Source: an archaeon (GTDB lineage Archaea; Nanobdellota; Nanobdellia; Woesearchaeales; GW2011-AR15). From it: a DNA stretch of 64,000 nt. The stretch spans positions 21,695 to 85,694 of the forward strand of contig JABHHN010000080.1 of assembly GCA_018671515.1 (NCBI GenBank), given 5' to 3'. The translations under genes were made by a program, and so were the position numbers. The notes beneath the pieces are model-generated. The model searched no databases. It was not told the origin of the DNA and was given only the letters and a program-made list of their open reading frames with translations. Positions within the stretch are counted from its first letter, which is position 1, and every line of letters starts with the position of its first letter. Below are positions 40,204 to 50,480 of the stretch, piece after piece.

Positions 40204-41070
40204 ATGATTTGGCATTATTTAATATTAGGAAGTGCAATGGTAAAGACATGCCATGATTTTATTTTAAAAAAAATACTAAAGAAAGAATTTTCATCTGAAG
40301 CATTTTTAAACATATCTCTTTTAACTCTTCCTTTTTTTATTTTTTTTATATATGACATAAATTTTGATATTCCAACCAATATTTATTTACTAATTATAAT
40401 AAGATCTTTTTTTGTTGTTGCTGGAGGAATATTGTTCAATCTTGCATTAAAAAATTCTGATCTATCTGTTGTAGCCCCTTTCTACAATCTAAGTCCAATT
40501 TTTGTAATAATAGTAAGTTCAATTCTTTTAGGTGAAAGATTAATATTAATAGAATATTTTGGGATTGCTTTAATGATTTTAGGATCTCTTCTTCTAAAAA
40601 ATGAAGATGTATCAATAAATGATCATAATAAATTTGTAAAATCAAAATATTTTGCATATGTGATTGTTTGTCTTGTATTATGGGCAATTTCTGCAACTCT
40701 TACAAAGCCAATCGTAAATGTTATATCTTCAATAAATGCTCTTTTTTTTTCAATGTTATTTTCAGTAATTTTCCTTTTATTATTTCAAGTAATAAAACAT
40801 AATAATTTTTTAAAAATTGTAAAAGATTTAAAGAAAGATTGGAAAATTGTTTCAATTGCTGCCGTTACAAATTTCATTTATTCAATTCTTTATTTTATGG
40901 CTTTAAGTCATCCTAGTGCAAAAGTTAGTATAATTATTCCTTTATTTAGATTCTATGTGTTTCTTGAAGTGTTAATAGGTGGAGAGATACTAAAAGAAAA
41001 ACATTTCTTTAAAAAATTGTCTGCATCAGCAATCATGTTAATTGGTGTAATTGTAATGGTTCTCACCTAA
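40204..41070 (+). CDS. EamA/DMT family transporter
   Basis: About 10 TM segments, LLGE and KE loop motifs. Confidence 0.8.
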   Translation: MIWHYLILGSAMVKTCHDFILKKILKKEFSSEAFLNISLLTLPFFIFFIYDINFDIPTNIYLLIIIRSFFVVAGGILFNLALKNSDLSVVAPFYNLSPIFVIIVSSILLGERLILIEYFGIALMILGSLLLKNEDVSINDHNKFVKSKYFAYVIVCLVLWAISATLTKPIVNVISSINALFFSMLFSVIFLLLFQVIKHNNFLKIVKDLKKDWKIVSIAAVTNFIYSILYFMALSHPSAKVSIIIPLFRFYVFLEVLIGGEILKEKHFFKKLSASAIMLIGVIVMVLT

Positions 41071-41103
41071 AATTTTTAAATTATCCTTTTCTTCTTAATC
41101 TAT

Positions 41104-42108
41104 ATGAATACTATAAAATGTAATTTGAAATCTGCACAAAAGACAAAAAAACTATTGATTGAAAATAATCTCCTTGATAGACTTCATATTCCAATCAAAG
41201 AAAATAGTTTTATTTTCTTTCCTATTAATTCTTTTAAAAAAACAAAAATGATTTTTAAAAATGGAATTTTTGAAAAAAAAGAATTAGATAAAGTTAAAAA
41301 AAAAGATTTTAAATCGTTATTACCTAAAAATATTGATGTTCCTTCTTCTTTTGATGTAATTGGAGATATTATAATTATAGAAATAAAAGAAAATATGATC
41401 AAAAACGAAAAAAAAATTGCAAAAGCATTACTTAAAACATATAAAAATACAAAAACCATCCTTAAAAAAGCAGGAGAACACTCTGGTGAATTCAGGACAC
41501 AAGCTTTAAAATATTTAGCAGGAATTAATAAAAAAGAAACAGCGTATAAGGAAAATAATACCAAAATTTCCCTTGATGTAGAAAAAATATATTTCTCTTC
41601 CAGATTAAGTACCGAAAGAAAAAGAATTTTCAAAAAAATAAAAAAAGGAGAAAAAGTTCTAGTAATGTTTGCTGGTTGTGGTCCATATCCTTTGACTATT
41701 TCTAAAAATACTAATGCTAAAAAAATTATTGGTGTCGAAAAAAATCCAATTGCATCAGAATATTTTAATAAAAATATTATTCTTAATAAAATAAACAATA
41801 TTGAAGCAATTAATGGAGATGTTAAAAAAATTGTTCCAAAATTAGATGAAAAATTTGATAGAATAATCATGCCTTTGCCTAAAGATGCTGCAGAATTTCT
41901 TTATTTGGCATTTCATGTATCTAAAAAAGGAACAATAATTCATTTATATGGGTTTGAACATGAAAAAGAATTTAATATTGCATTAAAAAAAGTAGATGAT
42001 GTATGCAGAAAACATAATATCAAATATAAATTAATAGAATTGGTAAAATGTGGTCAATATTCTCCTGGAAAATTCAGAATTTGTGTTGATTTTAAGATTT
42101 TATCCTAA
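41104..42108 (+). CDS. trm5: Trm5/Met-10+ family tRNA methyltransferase
   Basis: SFDVIGDI, GEFR, YFSSRLSTER, MFAGCGPY, DRIIMPLP. Confidence 0.85.
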   Translation: MNTIKCNLKSAQKTKKLLIENNLLDRLHIPIKENSFIFFPINSFKKTKMIFKNGIFEKKELDKVKKKDFKSLLPKNIDVPSSFDVIGDIIIIEIKENMIKNEKKIAKALLKTYKNTKTILKKAGEHSGEFRTQALKYLAGINKKETAYKENNTKISLDVEKIYFSSRLSTERKRIFKKIKKGEKVLVMFAGCGPYPLTISKNTNAKKIIGVEKNPIASEYFNKNIILNKINNIEAINGDVKKIVPKLDEKFDRIIMPLPKDAAEFLYLAFHVSKKGTIIHLYGFEHEKEFNIALKKVDDVCRKHNIKYKLIELVKCGQYSPGKFRICVDFKILS

Positions 42109-42113
42109 TACAT

Positions 42114-42653
42114 TTATGGCTTAGTCCACTTAACTTCATAATAAGTTACATCTTCTTCATCATCTACAATTCCCAAAAGAAGTTTCTTTTTTGTTGAATG
42201 AGCAACCCTGTTTTTTGCTGAAAAATCATACCATGTCAAATAAGAACTCTCATGTACAGGGAAAACAACCCATTTTGCGTGATCTTCTCCTGGTTTTATG
42301 CCCCTATCATAGACTCTGAAATCTGCTCCAAATTTAAGCGCAGTCTTTACTATGTAACCTCTATTTCTAAGATCTTTATACACTGAATATCTAATTCCAA
42401 AATTTTTATCATTTTTTTTTGCTTTTTTATAAAATCTTTCTTCAGAAAAAGGACTATTTCTTCCATCTAAAATTTCTAATTTTTTATTTTCTAATAAAAA
42501 GAGAGATTCAAGCATAGATAATTTTACTCTTTCATTTTTTAGAATTAATCCAAACCTACTCTGATTATATAACATCTTAGCAGCATCGCTATTCTCTGTC
42601 AATACTGAATTTTCTCTAAGTATTGCCTTTATTGTCTCTTCTTTATTTGACAT
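42114..42653 (-). CDS. endA: tRNA splicing endonuclease, single catalytic unit
   Basis: VYKDLRNRG, KFGADFRVY, H, RVAHSTKK. Confidence 0.93.
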   Translation of the reverse strand: MSNKEETIKAILRENSVLTENSDAAKMLYNQSRFGLILKNERVKLSMLESLFLLENKKLEILDGRNSPFSEERFYKKAKKNDKNFGIRYSVYKDLRNRGYIVKTALKFGADFRVYDRGIKPGEDHAKWVVFPVHESSYLTWYDFSAKNRVAHSTKKKLLLGIVDDEEDVTYYEVKWTKP

Positions 42654-42807
42654 TTTATTTTTATGAAGTTAGATTTTCTATATATATTCTTTCTTTTTAT
42701 GTATATTATTCTAAAATTATAAGTAAGAGTTATAATTATTATTATTATTTTCTATATAGAAAATTATTAACAAAACAATTAAAAATAGAAGTAGAATACG
42801 AAAAGAT

Positions 42808-43698
42808 ATGGAAATCACCTTTTTAGGAACTGGATGTATGTCTCCTACAAAAAAAAGGAACCATCAAGCTATGTTTTTGAAATATAGAGACGAAGGACTA
42901 TTATTTGATTGTGGAGAAGGTACTCAGAGGCAATTCTTGTTTGCCAATATAAAAATGACAAAAATTACAAAAATATTCATAAGTCATTGGCACGGAGACC
43001 ATGTTCTTGGAATTGTTGGCTTACTACAAACATTAAATAATTCTGAATATAATAAAAAACTTGAAATATATGGGCCTTATGGCACAAAAAAAAAAATGAC
43101 TGGTCTTTTCAAATTATATGATTTTAATTTATCTTTTGATTACAATATTTTTGATATAAAGGAAGGAATAATTGTTGAAGAAAAAGATTTTAAAATAATG
43201 GCTGTGGAGTTGGATCATGGAATTCCATGTTTTGGGTTTTCTTTTTTAGAAAACGATAAAAGAAAAATAAATATGTCTTTCATAAGAAAGAAAAAAATTC
43301 CAAATGGTCCTTTACTTGGAAAACTACAAAATAACAAAGATATAGAATGGAATGGAGAAAAAATATCTGCAAAAAAAGCTACATCTCTTGTTTCTGGTAA
43401 AAAAATATCATTTATCATGGATACTATTTTGTGTGATGGGTGTTCTACTTTAGCAAAAAATTCAAATGTTTTAATATGTGAATCTTCTTTTACTGATGAA
43501 TTTGAAAATAAAGCAAAAGAGTTTAAACATATGACTGCAAAACAAGCAGGTATACTAGCAAAAAAAAACAATGTTAAAAAATTAGTCCTGATTCATTTTT
43601 CTCAAAGATTTAAATCCACAAACCCTATTTGTGATGAAGCTAAAAAACATCATAAAAACACTATATGCGCAGAAGATTTGTTTATTCTTAAAATATAA
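42808..43698 (+). CDS. rnz: Ribonuclease Z
   Basis: FLGT, DCGEGTQ, HWHGDH, GP exosite, HFSQR. Confidence 0.95.
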   Translation: MEITFLGTGCMSPTKKRNHQAMFLKYRDEGLLFDCGEGTQRQFLFANIKMTKITKIFISHWHGDHVLGIVGLLQTLNNSEYNKKLEIYGPYGTKKKMTGLFKLYDFNLSFDYNIFDIKEGIIVEEKDFKIMAVELDHGIPCFGFSFLENDKRKINMSFIRKKKIPNGPLLGKLQNNKDIEWNGEKISAKKATSLVSGKKISFIMDTILCDGCSTLAKNSNVLICESSFTDEFENKAKEFKHMTAKQAGILAKKNNVKKLVLIHFSQRFKSTNPICDEAKKHHKNTICAEDLFILKI

Positions 43699-43753
43699 TT
43701 TCATAGTCAAATCAAGGAAATATTTATTAATCTTGATTCTCTAAATTTTATAG

Positions 43754-44917
43754 ATGGAAAATTTATATCTTATTTATCCTGCAATGCTTCTTTTATTTGG
43801 GACACTTGTTAGTGCTCTAGCAAGTAAATTAGAAATATCAAATGCTTTTTTTCTTTATTTTACTGGAATGATTTTAGGTGCCTTTGGTTTAGTAAATTTT
43901 CCAACCGAAACCATAATAGGAATTAGTAGTCTTGCTGTTGTTTTTGTTGTATTTGAAAGTACGGTAAAATTAAAATTCAAAGATATTAATAAATTCACAA
44001 AATATAGTTTAAATATTGTTGTGGTTTCTTTTATACTGCATATTTGCACAATAACTCCTCTCGTGTATTTTATGTTTCCTATATCTGATGACCCATTTAT
44101 CTCTTTTATTTTATCTCTTGTTTTTTCTTCAATTGTTTATGGTATTGATCATGATATAACTTTAACTAAAAAACTTAAAAAAAATCATAAATTAGTTAAA
44201 ATTCTTGAGGTTGAATCCTTAATAAATAGAATCCTTACTATAGTAATTCCTCTATTATTATTAAAATATATAACGGCTTTAATTACTACTTCTGTATTAC
44301 CTGGGTTTGAAGTCTTTCTTTTTTTCAAACAAGTATTATTTGGTATAATTATTGGTGTTGTAATAGGATTTTTTGTATTAATTGTTTTAAATACAAAAAT
44401 AGTTGAGGAAATAGCTTATCTAATTGTTATTACTTCGTCTATTGTTACTTTTTCAATTACAGAATTTTTTGGATTAAATGGCGTTCTTTCTTTAACCTTT
44501 TTTTCTTTAATTTTTGGTAATTATCATGTAAAACATAAAAAACAACTAGAAAAAATTACTTTCTTATTTGGTCATATTTTCAATATATTTGTTTTTATCT
44601 TAATTGGTACAAAAATGCTTATTAGTTTTGATTACTTTTTTTTTGGTACTTTACTTTTTTTAGTTTATATTTTCGTTCGTTTTGTTTCTGTATTTATCTC
44701 TCTAAAAACGAAAAAATTTTCCTTTAAAGAAATTATTTTAGTTTCTTTTAATGTACCAAAAGGAATTGATGTAGCAATAATAATACTCCTTATGATGACA
44801 CAATATAATTATATAAATGGAATAGAAAATATTGTCAATTTATGTCTTTTATTCTCATTATATTCAATTACATTATCTAATGTGTTGGGATTGTTTTCAA
44901 AAAATTTAACTTCTTAA
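43754..44917 (+). CDS. Cation:proton antiporter (CPA1-like, divergent)
   Basis: About 12 TM segments, ESLIN, PKGI. Confidence 0.7.
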   Translation: MENLYLIYPAMLLLFGTLVSALASKLEISNAFFLYFTGMILGAFGLVNFPTETIIGISSLAVVFVVFESTVKLKFKDINKFTKYSLNIVVVSFILHICTITPLVYFMFPISDDPFISFILSLVFSSIVYGIDHDITLTKKLKKNHKLVKILEVESLINRILTIVIPLLLLKYITALITTSVLPGFEVFLFFKQVLFGIIIGVVIGFFVLIVLNTKIVEEIAYLIVITSSIVTFSITEFFGLNGVLSLTFFSLIFGNYHVKHKKQLEKITFLFGHIFNIFVFILIGTKMLISFDYFFFGTLLFLVYIFVRFVSVFISLKTKKFSFKEIILVSFNVPKGIDVAIIILLMMTQYNYINGIENIVNLCLLFSLYSITLSNVLGLFSKNLTS

Positions 44918-45126
44918 AAGGATTTTTTTGCTAATTTTATATCTTCTTTTTTTATCGTCTTTCTTCCTGCGTGTTTGGAAAAAATTATTGCTTGATGAGA
45001 TATTTTCCCACCAATCTCTTCAAGAATTTCTCTAAGTTCTTCTTTTGCTTTTTCAGAAACTCTTTGTGCACCTGCTGCCTTCATAATTTTTTCCATCGAA
45101 TGTAATGAGATTATTTTTTTTGTCAT
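44914..45126 (-). CDS. Archaeal histone (HMf family)
   Basis: GAQRVS...HAGRKTIKKEDI. Confidence 0.93.
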   Translation of the reverse strand: MTKKIISLHSMEKIMKAAGAQRVSEKAKEELREILEEIGGKISHQAIIFSKHAGRKTIKKEDIKLAKKSF

Positions 45127-45178
45127 ATATATTCTAAATATAAAAAGACTTAAAAATCTTGTTCATTGATTTTTAAAC

Positions 45179-45568
45179 ATGTCAAAAAGAAAAGGATCTA
45201 TTGGAGAAAGACAATTAATAAATCTTTTTTGGGCAGCAGGATGGGCAGCAATACGGTCTGCGGGTTCTGGTTCTACTTCTTTTCCCTCTCCAGATCTTCT
45301 AGTTGGAAATAAATCAAGAGTACTTGCTATTGAAGCTAAAGTTACAAAAGAGAAAAAAAAATATTTTCCCAAAGAAGAAGTAAAACAATTAATAAATTTT
45401 TCAAAATATTTTGGTGCAGAAAATTGGTTTGCTATAAAATTTCATAGGGTTGATTGGATCTTTTTTTCTCCAGAAGACCTTATTGAAAAAGAAAATTCCT
45501 TTGTTGCTAGTCTAGAATTATCAGAAATCAAAGGAGTCTCTTTTAGTGATTTAATCCAATCTTACTAA
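45179..45568 (+). CDS. hjc: Holliday junction resolvase
   Basis: KG...ER, RSAGSG, PDL, IEAK. Confidence 0.93.
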   Translation: MSKRKGSIGERQLINLFWAAGWAAIRSAGSGSTSFPSPDLLVGNKSRVLAIEAKVTKEKKKYFPKEEVKQLINFSKYFGAENWFAIKFHRVDWIFFSPEDLIEKENSFVASLELSEIKGVSFSDLIQSY

Positions 45569-46353
45569 AGGTCTTTATTTTTTAACCAAGAATTATAATG
45601 TAATGCTTCATAATAAAAATGATGTGATTGGTGTATTCCCAATTCACTTATTATGCCAGATATACTTTTATTTTTTATTTTTTCATAATGTTTTTCAAAT
45701 TCTTTGTCCTTTATTGCATTATGAGCGTCTAAATAAAATGAAGATGCACACACATAGGTTGGTTTATGAAATTTATTAGCTATCTCTATACACATATTTG
45801 TTCCTTTTTTACAAATTGTGTGATTTTTTGAAATTTTGTCTGCTCCTATCAAAATCATGTTTGATTCTTTAATTGCATAATACATGTCTAAATCTTCAAC
45901 ATATTTTATGCCTTCTCCAAGATATTGCCAATTTTCATATATTGGTGTCAATTTTGGTGCAATAACTTCTATATTTTTGTTTTTCTTTAATTTATCTAAA
46001 GAATAAGACAGAAGCGTATTTATACCGTGAACATATATTTTTTTATTTGTTGTTGTTTTATGTTTTATGTGTTTGTGAACTTTTCTTTTATTATCTAAAA
46101 ATAATAAAAATAATTGATTTTTATTGTCATTTAATTGTCTATGTGTATTTGTTTTTTTTAAATTATGAATTAAATATTTTAGAGAATTTTTAACAACAAC
46201 ATTATCTTTGAATTGATTAATCATTGCTCTTTTAGTAAAGAGAATTTCGCTTGAATCCTTTTCTTGAGAAATCTCACAAATTGAGTGAGAAACCGCTTTA
46301 GCAAAAAGTTCCTTGTCATGGAGTTTCTTATTCATAACAAGGTGTTGTATCAT
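45565..46353 (-). CDS. Degenerate eIF2B-alpha/beta/delta / R15P-isomerase family protein
   Basis: ILIGADKI, KKGT, KPTYV, ISELG. Confidence 0.65.
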   Translation of the reverse strand: MIQHLVMNKKLHDKELFAKAVSHSICEISQEKDSSEILFTKRAMINQFKDNVVVKNSLKYLIHNLKKTNTHRQLNDNKNQLFLLFLDNKRKVHKHIKHKTTTNKKIYVHGINTLLSYSLDKLKKNKNIEVIAPKLTPIYENWQYLGEGIKYVEDLDMYYAIKESNMILIGADKISKNHTICKKGTNMCIEIANKFHKPTYVCASSFYLDAHNAIKDKEFEKHYEKIKNKSISGIISELGIHQSHHFYYEALHYNSWLKNKDL

Positions 46354-46556
46354 CTTCTTTTCAACGCTTTTTCTATTTTTAATTCTTCCTGTTCTATTTT
46401 TATTTCTTCTTTTGCGATTTTCATTGCCATTTTTTCAATATTTTCGTCCATTCTAGCTATCCTTCGTTCTAAAAGAACCAAGATTCTTAGACTATACACT
46501 ATAGCAGCTGTTGTTCCGACAATTATTGATAATATCGCTTGTTCTATGGTAAGCAT
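46350..46556 (-). CDS. Small single-TM coiled-coil protein
   Basis: SD GAGGTG upstream; TM followed by charged helix. Confidence 0.6.
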   Translation of the reverse strand: MLTIEQAILSIIVGTTAAIVYSLRILVLLERRIARMDENIEKMAMKIAKEEIKIEQEELKIEKALKRR

Positions 46557-46695
46557 AGGTACACCTCTTTTGTTATTGTAATTTCAATATTAAAAATATA
46601 ACAGAATAAATATATAAAATTATTGTTTATCAAAAAACATTTTATTGTTCTTTAATATTTTAAATGTTTTAAAAAAAATATTTAAAAAATTAAAA

Positions 46696-47472
46696 TTAGA
46701 ACCCAAAAGCATCAGAAATCGCACCGCTAAAATGTGGTGTATTTACCCACACACAGGTTTCATAACTTGGGTGTGTTTCTTCGTCATTTGTTAAAAAAAA
46801 TGCTGCTTCTCTATTATCTATAACACAAAATCTTGTTTTTGGTTTTGTAATTTGTGTATAGTAAATGTTTTCTTTAATTTTTGAAAATTCTTTCATTGTT
46901 GCTTCTTTATCTGGTGTAGAAATTTTTATGTTTACTCCTCTTTCTGCTGCTTTTTTTAATACTCTTTGTAAATGTTTTCCTTTTCTTTTTGCGCCTTCTG
47001 TTGTTGTAAGAATATTTATACTTTCTTTTGCGCCCTTTATCATTGTTTCCATATGATTATAAATGTTTTCTCTTCCTTTAACGCTTCCCGCTAAATCGGA
47101 GGGTTCAACCAAATCTATTCCTTGTGTATGTAATTGATTCAGTTCTTTCATTGCTGGGCTTTCTCTTAGTTCTTCTAACATTTTTTGACTTTCTTCTGCT
47201 TCTATAACTACTTTTTTCTTAACTCTTTCTATTACTTCGCCCGGCGGAACCGCTAAATATTTTATTGGTTTTCCTATTTTCATAATTATAAATCCTTTTT
47301 TTTCGAGACTTTCTAATACATCGTATGTTCTAGATCTTGGAACATTTGCTACGTCTGAAAGTTCTCCGGCAGTTGCTACACCCATAGAAAGCAACGCGGT
47401 CCATAGTTTACTTTCATATATATTTAATCCAAATTCCTTTAATTTTAATAATAAACTTTTTTGAACTATCAT
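46696..47472 (-). CDS. TrmB-family regulator / chromatin protein
   Basis: FGLNIYESK, VPRSRTYDVLESL, KYLAVP, PLD-like C-terminal domain. Confidence 0.9.
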   Translation of the reverse strand: MIVQKSLLLKLKEFGLNIYESKLWTALLSMGVATAGELSDVANVPRSRTYDVLESLEKKGFIIMKIGKPIKYLAVPPGEVIERVKKKVVIEAEESQKMLEELRESPAMKELNQLHTQGIDLVEPSDLAGSVKGRENIYNHMETMIKGAKESINILTTTEGAKRKGKHLQRVLKKAAERGVNIKISTPDKEATMKEFSKIKENIYYTQITKPKTRFCVIDNREAAFFLTNDEETHPSYETCVWVNTPHFSGAISDAFGF

Positions 47473-47568
47473 TTTTGTCTCCTTTCTATTTATTTGTGAT
47501 TGAATAGGGGTAAATGTAATTTATATATAAATGTATTTGTTTTTATTATTTAAGAGTGACAACTAACT

Positions 47569-47786
47569 CCCTCTGTCCTTTGTTTCCTATGGAACTTATT
47601 TATAAACAAAAACTCTCTTATTATTATTATTTATTTTCTATATAGAAATAAATAAATAAATAAATAAATAAACCTCTTTAAAAACAAACAACAACAACAA
47701 CAGGAGTTCCATAGGAAAAGAAGGGGACAGGGACAACATAAAACAAAAAAACTAAATCTTTTTAAACCTATATTTCTTTTGGAACT
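47569..47786. other. Chromosomal replication origin (oriC): ORB elements and AT-rich DUE
   Basis: Perfect 14-bp inverted pair TTTCCTATGGAACT (47583-47596) and AGTTCCATAGGAAA (47705-47718) with G-rich tails; AT-rich spacer; third 12/14 copy at 47773-47786; adjacent to cdc6. Confidence 0.85.
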
Positions 47787-47788
47787 AT

Positions 47789-49009
47789 ATGAAAGAGAAA
47801 CATTTAACGTCTTTTTTTGAAAGATATATTGAAGAAAACAAAGTATTTAAAGAAAAAAAAGCGTTACAATCAAATTATACTCCAGAAAAAATACCCCATA
47901 GAGAAATACAAATAGAACAAATAGCAAACATTTTGGGGCCCGCGCTTAGAAACGAGCTCCCCTCCAATTTATTTATTTATGGTAAAACAGGAACCGGAAA
48001 AACGGTTAGTATAAAACATGTTACAAACACCATGAAAGAACTTGGGAAAGAAAGGGGTCTTGCAATAAAGATAATTTATGTTAATTGTAAATTAAAAAGA
48101 GTTGCGGACACAGAATATCGACTTATTTCTCGACTTATTAGAGATTTAGGAACAGACGTTCCGTCTACCGGGCTTCCAACAGATGAAATTTATAATATTT
48201 TTTATGCGTTAGTTGAAAAAGAAAAAAAAACATTTATTTTAATTTTGGATGAAATTGATCAACTTATAAAGAAGGCGGGAGACGAAATAATATATAATTT
48301 GACGAGAATAAATTCAGAACTTAAACAATCAAAAATAGCGATGGTTGGAATAAGCAATAGTCTTACTTTTACATCAGATTTAGAACCAAGAGTTAGATCT
48401 TCTCTTAGTCAAGAAGAATTGGTTTTTCCGCCATATAATGCGGTTCAAATTCAAGATATTTTGAGAAATAGATCTTTTGAAGCTTTTAAAGAGAACGCAC
48501 TAACTCCTGGAGTTATTGAAAAATGTGCAGCATATGCGGCAAGAGAACATGGAGATGCAAGAAGAGCACTTGAACTTTTAAGGGTGGCAGGAGAACTTGT
48601 AGATAGAGACAAAAGAGAAAAAGTTGAAATTCAAGATTTAGATAAAGCAGAAGAAAAAATAGAAAAAGATAGAGTAATCGAAACAGTTTCTACACAACCA
48701 AAACAATCACAAGCATCTCTTTATTGTATATTGGTATTATTTGAAGAAAGTGAAGGAAAAATATATACGGGAGACGTATATGATGTATATAAGAAAATTT
48801 GTCCAATGACAGATCTTCGTCCTTTGACACAAAGAAGGATTTCTGACATAATTGCAGAGCTTGATATGTTGGGGATAATTAATGCAAGGGTTGTTTCAAA
48901 AGGAAGATATGGTAGGACAAAAGAACTGACAATGGGTCTTTCATCACATATGTATAAAAAAATCAAAAAACTTCTCGAAAAAGATCTCGAACTTAAGCAA
49001 AATGAATGA
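47789..49009 (+). CDS. cdc6: Orc1/Cdc6 initiator
   Basis: GKTGTGKT, LDEID, RVRSSL, GDARRA, winged helix with GRYGRT. Confidence 0.97.
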   Translation: MKEKHLTSFFERYIEENKVFKEKKALQSNYTPEKIPHREIQIEQIANILGPALRNELPSNLFIYGKTGTGKTVSIKHVTNTMKELGKERGLAIKIIYVNCKLKRVADTEYRLISRLIRDLGTDVPSTGLPTDEIYNIFYALVEKEKKTFILILDEIDQLIKKAGDEIIYNLTRINSELKQSKIAMVGISNSLTFTSDLEPRVRSSLSQEELVFPPYNAVQIQDILRNRSFEAFKENALTPGVIEKCAAYAAREHGDARRALELLRVAGELVDRDKREKVEIQDLDKAEEKIEKDRVIETVSTQPKQSQASLYCILVLFEESEGKIYTGDVYDVYKKICPMTDLRPLTQRRISDIIAELDMLGIINARVVSKGRYGRTKELTMGLSSHMYKKIKKLLEKDLELKQNE

Positions 49010-50480
49010 TGAAGATAAAAAAAAATTAATTAAGGAATGCCTAAGCAAGGGTCTTTTATTTAGTCCGGAACTTGGCCAGAAGTCAGAAGAAAAAGAAAAC
49101 ATATTTTATTTTGAAAATACAAAAAAAATAAATTTATCAATTCAAGAAAATAAAGAAAGTGCTGAGATAGAAAACACAGAAGAATTCTTGAATAAAGACG
49201 TAGAAATTTTAACATCATATGGTGAAAAATGGAAAAAAAAGACAATAAAGGATTTCTTTAATCATTATTCTTCTAGGTTTAAGACACTTTCACAGATGTT
49301 AAGAAGAAGAGAAGAACTTAAGGGTGCAACAGCCATAAAAAGAATTTCTTTAAGGAATCAAAACGAGAGTGTTGCAACAATAGGTATGGTAAAATCTAAA
49401 AGAATTACAAAGAACGACCACATACTTTTAGTAATAGAAGATTTAACCGGAGAGACAAGTGTTTTAATTAGTAAAAATAAAAATACTAAAGAAGAAGGAA
49501 AAGATAAAAGCTTGTATGAAGAAGCAAAAGATATTTGTCTTGATGAAGTTATAGGTGTTTTAGGAAATAAAGGAGAATCAGATATAATTTTTGCATCTGG
49601 TCTTGTTTGGCCAGATCTTCCAAGAGGAATGGAATTTAAGAAAAGTCCAGTAGAAGAATATGCGGTTTTTATAGGAGACACACATTTTGGTTCTAAACAC
49701 TTTTTACATAAGGAATTTAATTTATTTTTAAATTGGATAACGGGAAAAATAGGAAGCCCCGCACAGAAGGAGATGGCAAAAAAAATAAAATATCTTTTTT
49801 TGGTTGGTGATTTAATAGAAGGTGCAGGAATTTATCCAAACCAAGAAGATGATTTAGAAGTGAAAGACATCTATAAACAATATGAAATATTTTCTTCTTT
49901 TTTAAAAAAAATACCAGAATCAATTAGTATAATTATTTGCCCAGGAAATCACGACCCGGTTAGAGTGCATGAGCCACAACCACCAATACCACAAGAATAT
50001 GCTAAAGACATTTATGCGTTAAAAAACACATATTTTGTATCAAGTCCGGCATCAGTTAGGATAGGAAAAAAAGACAATTTTAAAGGGTTGGACGTATTAT
50101 TATATCATGGATATTCTTTTCCATTTTATGCAGATAGTGTAGAGTCAATAAGACAAGTAGGTGGGCTTGAAAGAGTAGATAAAATTTTAGAATATTTACT
50201 AAAAAGAAGACATTTTGCACCACAACACGGATCAACACAATTTGTTCCAGATTATGAAGAAGACTCTTTAATTATCAAAAACATACCAGATATTTTAGTT
50301 ACTGGTCATATACACAGATCTACGACTACAATATATAAAAATATAACTCTTTTGAATTGTTCATGTTGGATTGGACAAACAGAATACCAAGAAAAAAGAG
50401 GATTAAAACCCCAACCAGCAAAAGCAACAGTAATAAATCTTAAGACAAGAGAAACAAAAATATTGAGTTTTGCAAAATGA
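49002..50480 (+). CDS. polB: DNA polymerase D small subunit DP1
   Basis: OB fold; GDTHFG, GDLIEG, PGNHD, YHG, GHIH phosphoesterase motifs. Confidence 0.93.
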   Translation: MNDEDKKKLIKECLSKGLLFSPELGQKSEEKENIFYFENTKKINLSIQENKESAEIENTEEFLNKDVEILTSYGEKWKKKTIKDFFNHYSSRFKTLSQMLRRREELKGATAIKRISLRNQNESVATIGMVKSKRITKNDHILLVIEDLTGETSVLISKNKNTKEEGKDKSLYEEAKDICLDEVIGVLGNKGESDIIFASGLVWPDLPRGMEFKKSPVEEYAVFIGDTHFGSKHFLHKEFNLFLNWITGKIGSPAQKEMAKKIKYLFLVGDLIEGAGIYPNQEDDLEVKDIYKQYEIFSSFLKKIPESISIIICPGNHDPVRVHEPQPPIPQEYAKDIYALKNTYFVSSPASVRIGKKDNFKGLDVLLYHGYSFPFYADSVESIRQVGGLERVDKILEYLLKRRHFAPQHGSTQFVPDYEEDSLIIKNIPDILVTGHIHRSTTTIYKNITLLNCSCWIGQTEYQEKRGLKPQPAKATVINLKTRETKILSFAK

